A stretch of DNA of 64,000 nt from Acetatifactor sp. (GTDB lineage Bacteria; Bacillota; Clostridia; Lachnospirales; Lachnospiraceae), in assembly GCA_045542555.1 (NCBI GenBank), contig JAZQLH010000029.1, positions 122-64,121 on the forward strand. Reading direction: 5' to 3'. Both the position numbers and the translations under genes were made by a program. Below the pieces are notes generated by a model, which worked only from the letters and a program-made list of their open reading frames with translations, ran no database searches and was not told the origin of the DNA. Numbering within the stretch: the first letter of the stretch is position 1; every line of letters begins with the position of its first letter. Shown piece after piece: positions 47,152 to 56,815 of the stretch.

Positions 47152-48212
47152 TAAACTTCTCCTCCTTCCATTCGTTTCTCTGTAAGATAGGACTCCGATG
47201 TGATGTAACCGTCCGGACCGGCCTCTTCATAATATTTTGGCATACGCACAAGCTCCTGATTGGGAATAAAATAGTCCTTATTCGGATGCTCTGCCTCCAC
47301 GCCTCGAACCAGTGCATTTACCGGACACACATCTACACAACGAAGACAGCCTTTACAGTGATAATAGTCCAGACCTTGATTGACCATCATTTCCCTGCCC
47401 TTGTACTCACCCTTGGCAAACTGGAACACCATGTCGGGACAAGTGGAATGGCACAAACCACAATTAATACAACGTTCCTTGATAAAAAGTGGAATGTAAC
47501 CCTGACGGGAAGGGGATAAATCCGCAACTACCGTGCTTCCAAACCTGGGATTGATGCCACCGACAGGCGCCGTTTCATAGCCCCATTCCTGAGAAGTAGT
47601 GCCGCCACAGGTACAGTCGGCTTTTGCCGTCACATCCAATTTTTGTACCTCCTCAAATCCCCTACGGATACCTTGCAAATTGGCCTCCAGCGCATCAGGA
47701 TATTTTTTACCAAGGGTATCTTTGCAAATCTGCTCGCCCACCTTGGGATTTTCAAGGCCCATTACTTTTAAAACAGCACCCAGCATCACCACATTGATGC
47801 GGGAATGAGTTTCCATGGCAATACGCTGAGCCTCCAACCCATAGAAAATACCGCAACATCCGGTGTTTTCAGTAAGCTTCTCCATAGGCTGTCCGGGCTC
47901 CAAGGAAATAATTACCTTGGTGTCCTGATTGCAGCCCTTCCAAACAGAATTATCCCGTAGAAGTGCCTGATGAAACACCACCAACAAATCCGGTTCCACA
48001 ACCGGAGAATGGACTCTGATTTCCTTTTCCTTATCACAATACCTGATGAAAGCCTTCACAGGTGTACCTGTTTTCTCAGAGCCGTAACTGGAAAAACTGC
48101 TGCTGTTTACATCCAGATATTTTACACCCAGTTCACCCAACATCTTGCCGCACAGATTTGCACCCAAACCACCGATGCTTTCCAGTCGGATTTCATAATA
48201 CTCCTTATTCAC
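47151..48212 (-). CDS. 2-oxoacid:ferredoxin oxidoreductase, fused gamma-delta (2x[4Fe-4S]) subunit
   Basis: Gamma-type IGGLGANLCGKMLG. Two ferredoxin motifs, CINCGLCHSTCP and CKGCLRCVDVCP. GTG start overlaps the rubredoxin stop by 1 nt. Confidence 0.85.
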   Translation of the reverse strand: MNKEYYEIRLESIGGLGANLCGKMLGELGVKYLDVNSSSFSSYGSEKTGTPVKAFIRYCDKEKEIRVHSPVVEPDLLVVFHQALLRDNSVWKGCNQDTKVIISLEPGQPMEKLTENTGCCGIFYGLEAQRIAMETHSRINVVMLGAVLKVMGLENPKVGEQICKDTLGKKYPDALEANLQGIRRGFEEVQKLDVTAKADCTCGGTTSQEWGYETAPVGGINPRFGSTVVADLSPSRQGYIPLFIKERCINCGLCHSTCPDMVFQFAKGEYKGREMMVNQGLDYYHCKGCLRCVDVCPVNALVRGVEAEHPNKDYFIPNQELVRMPKYYEEAGPDGYITSESYLTEKRMEGGEV

Positions 48213-48373
48213 TATTCACTTACCTCGCTGAAAAACTGCTTGCCCATCTGGCACAAGGGACAAATGAAATCCTCAGGAAGGTCCTCAAACTTGGTACCGG
48301 GTGCAATACCACCCTCCGGGTATCCGGCCTCCTCATCATAAACCCATCCGCATACATCACATACATACTTCAT
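48212..48373 (-). CDS. Rubredoxin
   Basis: MKYVCDVCGWVYDEE...FICPLCQMGK has two CxxC pairs. True ATG is at 48373 (RBS AGGAGG). The track ORF (to 48520) is over-extended into hairpin element B. Confidence 0.9.
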   Translation of the reverse strand: MKYVCDVCGWVYDEEAGYPEGGIAPGTKFEDLPEDFICPLCQMGKQFFSEVSE

Positions 48374-48400
48374 TGCTTCTACCTCCTTTTTGATAACCCT

Positions 48401-48609
48401 AGTTTTCTTATTTGTGTTCTTATGGTATTTGGATATCGATTGAGACGCTTTAGGTCCTACCACGGAACGTTCCCACTCCGTGAAAAACTGCAGCGGTACA
48501 TAAGGTTGCAAAGTACGCAACCTAAGTACCGGCGTTTTTCAAGGTCCCGTGGTAGAACCTAAAGCGCCTAATCGATAATTCAGATGCCAAAAACACAAAT
48601 AAGAAAACT
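48401..48609. repeat. Long intergenic hairpin element, copy B
   Basis: Outer arms AGTTTTCTTATTTGTGTT (48401-48418) and AACACAAATAAGAAAACT (48592-48609). Core 48435-48576 aligns with 26511-26652. Confidence 0.85.
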
Positions 48610-48629
48610 AAGATTTCCAAATAAACCAA

Positions 48630-49781
48630 CTACTTACATAACTCCTCCGCAAGCGCTTCCAGCTGAGCGGTGCTTTCCTCATCGAGTGCTGAAAGGATAC
48701 TGACTGTATTTTCTGCAAAAGTGATTCCCTTGCTTCGTTCAAACGTGTCTTTCATCAGTCTTGCCACGATGGGCATCCAAGTGCCGTTTTCCATAAATGC
48801 AACTGTACGGTTTGCAAAATTTCTCTCTGTCAGGCAGTTGATAAACTCCCGCATAGGCGGGAAAATCTGTGTGTTATAGGTGGTTGTAGCCAGAACAAGC
48901 TTACTATAGCGAAAGGCTTCGGCCACCGCCTCCGACATATCACATCTGGCAAGGTCTCTCACCTCCACCTTGGCACAACCTTTCTCTTTTAATCTCTCTG
49001 AAAGCAATAAAGCAGCCCTTCTAGTGTTGCCATAAATGGATGTGTAGGCAATAAGGCACCCCTCTTCTTCCGGCTGATAGGTGGACCATGTATGATAAAG
49101 TCCGATATAGTACCCCAGATTTTCTTTGAGCACCGGCCCATGCAGAGGACAAATCATCTGAATATCCCAACCAGCCACCTTAGCAAGAAGTTTTTGCACA
49201 TAAACACCATATTTTCCAACGATTCCGATATAATAGCGTCTGGCCTCATCTACCCAGTTTTCCGTATCCAAAGCACCGAACTTACCGAAGGCATCCGCCG
49301 AAAACAAAACCTTATCTGTAGCATCATAGGTCACGACAACCTCCGGCCAATGAACCATGGGCGCTGTGGCAAACAACAACTTATGCCTGCCCAAAGACAG
49401 CTCATATCCATCCGTCACAATTATCTGATTGTCCATAAAATCCGCACCATAATAATTTTTCATCATGCCAAAAGCCTTGGCTGAAGCCACTATTTTTGCA
49501 GATGGATACCTTTTGACAAAATGTAAAATACTGGCGGAATGGTCCGGCTCCATGTGTTGAACAATCAGATAATCCGGCTTGCGGTCACCCAGTACATTCT
49601 CCACATTTTGCAACCACTGCCCGGTAAATCCCACATCCACCGAATCCATAACGGCAATCTGCTCGTCCACTATGACATAGGAATTGTAAGAAATTCCCTC
49701 CGGCACCCGATACAATCCTTCGAATAAATCGATCGCCGTGTCCATTACACCGATGTAATTAATATCGTTGGTGATGTGCAT
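48630..49781 (-). CDS. fprA: Flavodiiron protein (FprA-type; metallo-beta-lactamase plus flavodoxin domains)
   Basis: Di-iron motif HMEPDH. C-terminal flavodoxin-like IAYTSIYGNTRRAA. Confidence 0.85.
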   Translation of the reverse strand: MHITNDINYIGVMDTAIDLFEGLYRVPEGISYNSYVIVDEQIAVMDSVDVGFTGQWLQNVENVLGDRKPDYLIVQHMEPDHSASILHFVKRYPSAKIVASAKAFGMMKNYYGADFMDNQIIVTDGYELSLGRHKLLFATAPMVHWPEVVVTYDATDKVLFSADAFGKFGALDTENWVDEARRYYIGIVGKYGVYVQKLLAKVAGWDIQMICPLHGPVLKENLGYYIGLYHTWSTYQPEEEGCLIAYTSIYGNTRRAALLLSERLKEKGCAKVEVRDLARCDMSEAVAEAFRYSKLVLATTTYNTQIFPPMREFINCLTERNFANRTVAFMENGTWMPIVARLMKDTFERSKGITFAENTVSILSALDEESTAQLEALAEELCK

Positions 49782-49848
49782 GATTGTCCTCCATAGAATT
49801 TGTCGTTGTTATAATATATGCAAAGTTCAAGATAAAAATACTGACAAA

Positions 49849-49882
49849 GAAAAAAGTCCCGGAAACTTAAAGTTTCCGAGAC
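49849..49882 (-). terminator. Rho-independent terminator after the hybrid kinase gene
   Basis: On the minus strand, GTCTCGGAAACTT/AAGTTTCCGGGAC followed by TTTTTTC. Confidence 0.7.
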
Positions 49883-49898
49883 TTCTATTTGTTGTCTG

Positions 49899-52532
49899 CT
49901 AGGAATTATTTTTAGAAAATAAAGGTTTTAATTGTTCTTTTAAAGCTTTGTAAGATGCAACAAAGGCATCGTAATTTTGATGGATAAAATCAAATCGTCC
50001 TTCTCTGCCTGCCATTTCCAAAGCTCTTGCATCCTCAGCCAGTAATAGATATCCAATATTTAGTAACTGTGCTTTCAGACTATGTATCAGAACAATATAG
50101 TTGGGATAATCCTTTTGCTTCCAAAATGACTGTAACTGCTCTAATTGCTGGTCGGCATCTTCATAAAGAATACGCAAAACATCCAGATAGAAAGACATAT
50201 CTTCATTACAGTTTTTCAGACCTGCTGCCACATTAATTTGAGGAAGCAAATCTTCCAACCCATCGATATCCACGGAATGGGATACCTCTTTTACTTTTTC
50301 GCCCTCAACGAATTTGCTTTTGGGAATAAAATGCTTCAAAATGCGCTCTAATTCCGTAAACTGAATAGGCTTGCTCAAATATTCATCAAAGCCTTTTTCT
50401 ATCAGTTCCTTCCGTACACCCAAAATGGCATTGGCAGTAAGTACAATGATTTTGCCTGCCCCTTCCTTAGCATAATGAGCAGAAAGATTGCGGATTTGCT
50501 GCATGGCCTCAATTCCATTCATCCCCGGCATCATTTGGTCCATAAAGACCAAATCATAGTTGATCATCTGACAACGGTCTATGGCCTCTGCACCGCTGGT
50601 AGCAGTATCTACTATCAGTCCGTAATGCTCTAATGTATTTTTGATGACCTTCAGGTTAATCTTATTATCATCCGTAACCAGTACCCGTGTATCACGGATT
50701 TGCAGATTGTCATTGTTTAGAGATTCCGTTTCCTCTGCTGTGGTCTTTGTGAAATTCAGGGGCGAATCATCCACGATTCCCTGCTTTAAAACCACCGTAA
50801 ATGTGGTGCCTCTTCCATAGATACTGTCTACTTTTATAGTACCACCCATTAAATTTACATATCCGTTTACAATGGACAATCCAAGTCCGGTACCTTCCAC
50901 ACCGGAATTACGGTTCATATCAAAACGTGCGAAACTGTCAAACAAATGTGCTATGGATTCTTCCTTCAAACCAATACCGGTATCCGTTACCGCATACTCC
51001 AAAGTAGCTGTTTCTTCTTCCACACGCAACAATCGAATATGAAAAACCACGCCTCCTTTTTCCGTATACTTTACTGCATTATTTAACAAATTAATCAAAA
51101 TTCCCCGTATGCGGGTCATATCTCCATACAACTCATTGGGAATTCTGGGGTCGATATTCATTTCAAAATAAAGCCCCTTCTTTTTGGCCTGTATATCAAT
51201 CATATGACAAATTTCCTGCAACAGAAATGCCGTGTGATAATTACTGCAGGATAATTCCATTTTACCGGAGTCCAATTTGGATATATCCAAAATATCATTA
51301 ATCACTGTCAAAAGATTTAAACAGGAGGTCTTAATATCCGAAGCATATTCATGAACCGTGTCCGAAGTATCCATTTTTAAAATCAATTCCGAAAATCCTA
51401 AAATGGCATTCATCGGTGTGCGGATTTCATGAGACATATTCGCCAAAAAGAGGGATTTTGACTGGTTGGCAGCCTCCGCTTCCTTTTTTGCTTCCTCCAG
51501 GCGCTGCATTGTTTTAATTCTTTCAGACAAATCTGTCACAACAATTATGTAGCCGATGATATCATCATAACGGTCCTTTATTTTGTTAATAGCCAGGTTG
51601 CAGTATATTTGGTTATTCTTACAATAAGAATCAATATTACTGCTACTTTCTTCAAAGTCAAACACGCTATCATTGTCTACTTCAAATAACTTGCTTAACC
51701 CAATTTTTTGTTGAGAAAAAGTATTCCTGTCAATATCAAAAAAGGTTGCTGCCGCATCATTGGCAATCTGCAGATTTTTTTCAGAATTATATACCAAAAC
51801 AGGTTCTGACAAGGAATAATATATAAATTCTGACATATTAGCTATATTTATTTTGGATCGGTTGTTCGCACGAATTGCTACAAATACCACAACCATCCCA
51901 AAAAACTGGGTTAAAGTACTGCCGGGAATTGCTTTGAAACCTAATAACGGAAGTACCGTATCCAATATGGTACCAAGAAGCATGGCCGCAACTGTTCCCA
52001 TAAAAATTTTGCCAAAAAACCGGATACGTTTTACTTTTGAAAAACACATATACAGGCTGATACAAAACATCAATATAGCCAGAATCAGACTATAGGCGGT
52101 ATAAATTGTATTAGCAGGACCGGCTTTAAAGGAATAGGTCATTCCGCTGGCATCTAACTGATAAATGGTTTGTCCCCGTTCCACGGTAAGAAAATACACA
52201 AATACACCCAGCGCGGCAAACCCATTAAAAATATTGGTCCAGCGCTTTTTGATACCGGACAGATAAGAAACCAGAATTTGGCCGATAATAAGATACAAAA
52301 TCGTGCCAATCATGCCAAATACCCGACATCGATATGCCCACTCCGTATCTGTTTGAAGAATTAAAGCACCAAATCCGATACTCCAGATTGCACTACTTAC
52401 ACAAAATACAATCAGTAGCTTATTCTCCGTATCCTTCCGTTCCTCCGACCACATAATGACAGCCGCAAAAACAAGTGCCAGAATACAAAATATAAACAAA
52501 ATAATGGGACAGGCATATTTGATAATTTCCAT
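49899..52532 (-). CDS. Hybrid sensor histidine kinase / response regulator with C-terminal Hpt domain
   Basis: About 7 N-terminal TM segments. H-box MSHEIRTPMNAILGFSEL. HATPase G-boxes (GTGLGLSIV). REC domain VLVTDDNKINL..DLVFMDQMMPGMNG. Hpt-like tail. Confidence 0.9.
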   Translation of the reverse strand: MEIIKYACPIILFIFCILALVFAAVIMWSEERKDTENKLLIVFCVSSAIWSIGFGALILQTDTEWAYRCRVFGMIGTILYLIIGQILVSYLSGIKKRWTNIFNGFAALGVFVYFLTVERGQTIYQLDASGMTYSFKAGPANTIYTAYSLILAILMFCISLYMCFSKVKRIRFFGKIFMGTVAAMLLGTILDTVLPLLGFKAIPGSTLTQFFGMVVVFVAIRANNRSKINIANMSEFIYYSLSEPVLVYNSEKNLQIANDAAATFFDIDRNTFSQQKIGLSKLFEVDNDSVFDFEESSSNIDSYCKNNQIYCNLAINKIKDRYDDIIGYIIVVTDLSERIKTMQRLEEAKKEAEAANQSKSLFLANMSHEIRTPMNAILGFSELILKMDTSDTVHEYASDIKTSCLNLLTVINDILDISKLDSGKMELSCSNYHTAFLLQEICHMIDIQAKKKGLYFEMNIDPRIPNELYGDMTRIRGILINLLNNAVKYTEKGGVVFHIRLLRVEEETATLEYAVTDTGIGLKEESIAHLFDSFARFDMNRNSGVEGTGLGLSIVNGYVNLMGGTIKVDSIYGRGTTFTVVLKQGIVDDSPLNFTKTTAEETESLNNDNLQIRDTRVLVTDDNKINLKVIKNTLEHYGLIVDTATSGAEAIDRCQMINYDLVFMDQMMPGMNGIEAMQQIRNLSAHYAKEGAGKIIVLTANAILGVRKELIEKGFDEYLSKPIQFTELERILKHFIPKSKFVEGEKVKEVSHSVDIDGLEDLLPQINVAAGLKNCNEDMSFYLDVLRILYEDADQQLEQLQSFWKQKDYPNYIVLIHSLKAQLLNIGYLLLAEDARALEMAGREGRFDFIHQNYDAFVASYKALKEQLKPLFSKNNS

Positions 52533-52553
52533 AATCGTTACCCCTGCTGTATT

Positions 52554-53144
52554 TTATTCTGTAATAACAACCTTCTCCAAAGTCTCGGCCACATCCACTA
52601 TTTCCGGACCATTAGAAAAAGCCTCCGTATTGTCTGCAACCTCCATGGGATCCTCCGGTATCTGCTCCTCTTCCTCTTCATCCCAGAGTGACTCATGCTC
52701 TTCGCGCTCTTTTTGTTTGACCAAAGCTCCCATATTTTTGGCCGCCTGATACATCTCCATACTGAATTCCATCAGCTTCTTCTCATCAGAAGCAGGCACA
52801 ATATCCCCCTTCATAAGACGCCTTGCTACTTCCATTAACTTACCCAGGTCCTCTACATATTCCTCCATAGCTTCGCCCTGCTGCTTGGCAGAAACCATAT
52901 TGGCTGTGGCCGACCACTGCTCAAGAAGTTTGTCCATATAATCCCTGTACTCATTTTGCTTCTCATCCACAGCCTTTATGGAAAGCTCCAGTATGGCAGC
53001 CTCATTCGCATAAAGTTCCTTTCCGTCGGGAGTGGTATTTATCTTATTCTCCAGTTCCTTCTTTTGCCTGGTGAGAATCACCTGTTGCTCCCGATACGCC
53101 TTTATCTGCGAATTATAAAGTTGTCTCGCCTCTGCTATCTTCAT
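52554..53144 (-). CDS. Hypothetical acidic coiled-coil protein
   Basis: 196-aa track ORF with heptad-like charged sequence and a poly-Glu tract WDEEEEEQIPEDP. No family recognised. Confidence 0.5.
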   Translation of the reverse strand: MKIAEARQLYNSQIKAYREQQVILTRQKKELENKINTTPDGKELYANEAAILELSIKAVDEKQNEYRDYMDKLLEQWSATANMVSAKQQGEAMEEYVEDLGKLMEVARRLMKGDIVPASDEKKLMEFSMEMYQAAKNMGALVKQKEREEHESLWDEEEEEQIPEDPMEVADNTEAFSNGPEIVDVAETLEKVVITE

Positions 53145-53286
53145 TTTATCACATCCTTATGATTTATAAAATACTTCCCTGTATCTAATAAATGTATCGG
53201 CGAATTTATGCAGAAATATAATAAGTCCATTTCTGCCTGCTTTAAAATTATAAACCGATTGTAAGTTATTTTTTATCCACAGCAAG

Positions 53287-54921
53287 CTACAAACTTACTA
53301 CTCGATCAAATTCATTTGCTGCCCCACTCCTATGAGTAACCATAATTACCACCTTTTCTTTCATCAACTCCCCTATTGCTCTATTTACCATCATCTCGCT
53401 GTGAACATCCAGTGCCGACGAAGGCTCATCCATCAAAAGAATTGGCGAATCCTTTAAAAAGGCTCTGGCAATGGCAATGCGCTGTCTTTGTCCCACAGAA
53501 AGATTGCTGCCACCGGCATCCAAAACCGTATCATACCCCTTAGGAAACGTCCGAATAAATTCATCTGCATAGGCCAGTCGGGCAGCCTGCACAATCTCTT
53601 CTTCCGGCACGCTTCCCTCTCGACTACTGCCAATTGCAATATTTTCCCGAATTGTCCCTTCAAACAAATAGCTTCTCTGCGGTATATAGGTAATAAGCTG
53701 TCTTAACTGAAAAAGGGAATATTCGCTTGCCTCCCGGCCATACAGCCTGATGGACCCGGAGCCTTGATAAAATCTCATAATCAGCTTTAACAATGTACTC
53801 TTACCACAACCCGATTCTCCCATAAGCATTACCTTTTCCCCATCTGATAAACAAAGAGAAAAATCCTGAAGCACCGACTTTTCTCCATCATAGGAAAAGG
53901 TGATGTTCTCCACCTCTATCGGGACAGCTTCTTTTTTAAGCTCTATCATAGCTTCCCCCTGAGCTTCTTCGCAGTCTAATTCAAGAAAGTCGAACACTCT
54001 TCCGGCTTTCACCAACGATGCAGAGAATGTGGAAAGCGCAGAACCAAAGCTTTGCACCATGGCACTGACGCCCATCTGAAGAGACACAATGGCCATGACG
54101 GTTCCATAATCCAGCTGTCCGCAGGATACCAGATATGCACCCACGCCAATGGTTCCAAAGCTTGCAAGAATCCCTAAAAGAAATGCCACCATTTCAAGCA
54201 TTGCAGCCTTTTTTGACCTTTTCTTTTCATCCTTTAATACCTTTTCATTCTCCATATGAAAATTATCATAAACGATAGATGCGCCGCTATACATCTTAAG
54301 CTCTGTAAAGCCTGATAAAATATCACTTAGCCGGGTGGTAAGGCGGGAAACCTTATTCTGAATCCCTTTGTCCATTTCTTTTATCTGCTTGTTGATTACT
54401 ACGGAAATATATACGGTCACAAGGCAAAAGCTCACCGACACCACCGTCAACAACGGACTGTAGACAAGCATGGCAATCATGGAGGTCACACCATTCACCA
54501 AGCGTCCCAACACCCAGAAAATATGAGAAAAATAGGAGTCCTTTAGGGAATTGGCATCCCAATTCAAGGTCTTAAGAGCCTCTCCGCTGTGATGGGTTTC
54601 ATAGTAATTTATATCCAGCTTCATAAGCTTTTTAAAAAGCCGGATTTTAATGTCAAATACAATTTTTCGCACAATTTTTATCTGAAAATATCTTCTGTAA
54701 GGTGCCAGACAGTTTAACACAACCAAGCTGACACAGATGACCACCGCTTTCTTGAATAACCTATCGTCCCTATATTCCATAGCATTAAAAATCAACTTAT
54801 TCATATAGGGATACATAAGGTTTAACACAACAGAAGTAAGAAGTGTCATGATAAAAACAGACCAATAAGCCACTTTATATTTACCGATATAAGAAAAATA
54901 TCTCTTCAACTCTCCCATCAC
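53287..54921 (-). CDS. ABC exporter, fused permease/ATPase (half transporter)
   Basis: Walker A GESGCGKSTLLKL, signature LSVGQRQRIAIARA, Walker B ILLMDEP. Confidence 0.9.
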   Translation of the reverse strand: MMGELKRYFSYIGKYKVAYWSVFIMTLLTSVVLNLMYPYMNKLIFNAMEYRDDRLFKKAVVICVSLVVLNCLAPYRRYFQIKIVRKIVFDIKIRLFKKLMKLDINYYETHHSGEALKTLNWDANSLKDSYFSHIFWVLGRLVNGVTSMIAMLVYSPLLTVVSVSFCLVTVYISVVINKQIKEMDKGIQNKVSRLTTRLSDILSGFTELKMYSGASIVYDNFHMENEKVLKDEKKRSKKAAMLEMVAFLLGILASFGTIGVGAYLVSCGQLDYGTVMAIVSLQMGVSAMVQSFGSALSTFSASLVKAGRVFDFLELDCEEAQGEAMIELKKEAVPIEVENITFSYDGEKSVLQDFSLCLSDGEKVMLMGESGCGKSTLLKLIMRFYQGSGSIRLYGREASEYSLFQLRQLITYIPQRSYLFEGTIRENIAIGSSREGSVPEEEIVQAARLAYADEFIRTFPKGYDTVLDAGGSNLSVGQRQRIAIARAFLKDSPILLMDEPSSALDVHSEMMVNRAIGELMKEKVVIMVTHRSGAANEFDRVVSL

Positions 54922-56654
54922 ACCGCACCTCCTGACATCCTATATTCATTATACATTTTGCAATATTTTCCCTCTGCGCTCATAAGCTCCTCATGAGTTC
55001 CGGTCTCCACAATCCGTCCTTCCTCCAACACAATGATTTCATCGTAATTCACAATAGTGTTCAGACGATGAGCCACATTAATCATAGTCTTGTCGGCGGA
55101 AATTGCAAGCAATGTTTCGTTCACATGCTTTTCTGTCTCTGTATCTAAAGCAGACGTGGGTTCATCCAGCAAAATAATAGGCGCATCCTTTAAAATTGCT
55201 CTGGCTATGGCAATTCTTTGCCGCTGTCCACCGGACAGATTATTGCCCCGCTCTTCCAGCAGCGTATCATATCCCTCCGGCAATTTTGCAATAAACTCAT
55301 GACAACCCGCCTTTCTTGCGGCATCCAAAATTTCCTCCTCACAGGCATCCGGCTTTCCAATGCGAATATTGTCCCGTACGCTCATGGGAAAAATCACGGA
55401 TTCCTGGGAAATTAAGGCTATCCTGCTTCTTACCTCCTTCGGATTCATATCTGCAAACCGATTGCCATAGAAATAAATTTCACCTTCATCGGCTTCATAT
55501 TGTCTGCACAATAATTTCACAATGGTGCTCTTACCACTGCCGCTTCGTCCAACCAAAGCAACCCTTTTGCCCTCCCCAACGGATAAATTGAATTGCTCTA
55601 AAATATTTGAATTACCCTCTTCCTGATTGGAATAGCCAAAGGAAACATCTTCGAATGTAAAGACCTTTTCGGAGACTTTTGTAAATGTTGACGCCTGCTT
55701 TTTTTCACACTCCACAGGCATATCCATTATTTCAAATACACGTCTTGCAGATATCATTGCCATTTGGGTTCTGACCACCAACTGATACGCATACACAAGG
55801 GGCTCATTAATTTTCTCAATTCCACTGACGAATGCCACCAATATTCCCAGTGATACCTCTCCTTGTAATGCCAGATATCCACCTACACATAGCGCAATGG
55901 CGGTGGGCGCTTCCCGAATCAGAGCGGACAACGGCTCAATATTGTACTGCCATAAATCGTTTTTGTTGGAGATATCCAATGTCTCCTTCAATGCCCCATA
56001 ATACTTGCTCTGCATTTTCTTCTGCAAATTGTAAGATTTAATCACATCCGCTCCGTCAAAGGCCTCCTGTATATGATTATTGGTCAGCCCCAGCCGCTTG
56101 ACATACTCGGTCTGAGCCATTTTCACCGGTTTAAGCAGCTTAATACTTAGAGGAACCATGACAAGAAGAGGTCCCAGACACAATACTGCAAGCATCGGAT
56201 TCATGGAAACCAGATACACAGCAAATACCATCACCACAATGGGTACATACAAACAATCCTTAAAATAAGTCTGCATATAACCGGCAATGGTGGCCACATC
56301 AGAGGATGACCGCTCCATGATATCCCCGAAATTCTGCTTCTCCATAACATTTGGTGCAACATTCATAATATGACTTACCAGGTCCCTACGCATATCCCGC
56401 AAAATATTTGCGCCAAAGCTTCCCGTGAACCGAACCACCAGATAATTGCCCAACATACCCATCACAACCACTACAACTACTTTTATCAACGTTTCCGGCA
56501 AAAATGAAAGAATTTCCCCGGAAAGAGATCTGTCAATTATCTGTTTTAAAAGATCAACAATCCACACATTAGCTACGGAGCATCCCAAACCGGACAATAC
56601 AATCAACAATATCTGCATCCAATAGGGTTTGGCATATCTGATAATCTTTTTCAT
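54918..56654 (-). CDS. ABC exporter, fused permease/ATPase (half transporter)
   Basis: Walker A GRSGSGKSTIVKL, signature LSGGQRQRIAIARA, Walker B IILLDEP. A 4-nt overlap with the downstream partner suggests a heterodimer. Confidence 0.9.
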   Translation of the reverse strand: MKKIIRYAKPYWMQILLIVLSGLGCSVANVWIVDLLKQIIDRSLSGEILSFLPETLIKVVVVVVMGMLGNYLVVRFTGSFGANILRDMRRDLVSHIMNVAPNVMEKQNFGDIMERSSSDVATIAGYMQTYFKDCLYVPIVVMVFAVYLVSMNPMLAVLCLGPLLVMVPLSIKLLKPVKMAQTEYVKRLGLTNNHIQEAFDGADVIKSYNLQKKMQSKYYGALKETLDISNKNDLWQYNIEPLSALIREAPTAIALCVGGYLALQGEVSLGILVAFVSGIEKINEPLVYAYQLVVRTQMAMISARRVFEIMDMPVECEKKQASTFTKVSEKVFTFEDVSFGYSNQEEGNSNILEQFNLSVGEGKRVALVGRSGSGKSTIVKLLCRQYEADEGEIYFYGNRFADMNPKEVRSRIALISQESVIFPMSVRDNIRIGKPDACEEEILDAARKAGCHEFIAKLPEGYDTLLEERGNNLSGGQRQRIAIARAILKDAPIILLDEPTSALDTETEKHVNETLLAISADKTMINVAHRLNTIVNYDEIIVLEEGRIVETGTHEELMSAEGKYCKMYNEYRMSGGAV

Positions 56655-56815
56655 ACTTTACAGTTCCTCCTTTGTTTGCTATACTTTTTACAGTTTATCA
56701 ATTCTATAAAGCTACAACAATTGCAGATATGCACGATTTTTATATACTATTTGCAATATTGCTGACCCGTAATTGCAAATTGTTTCATGATTTTCTGCGA
56801 AAAGGAGAATGCTAT

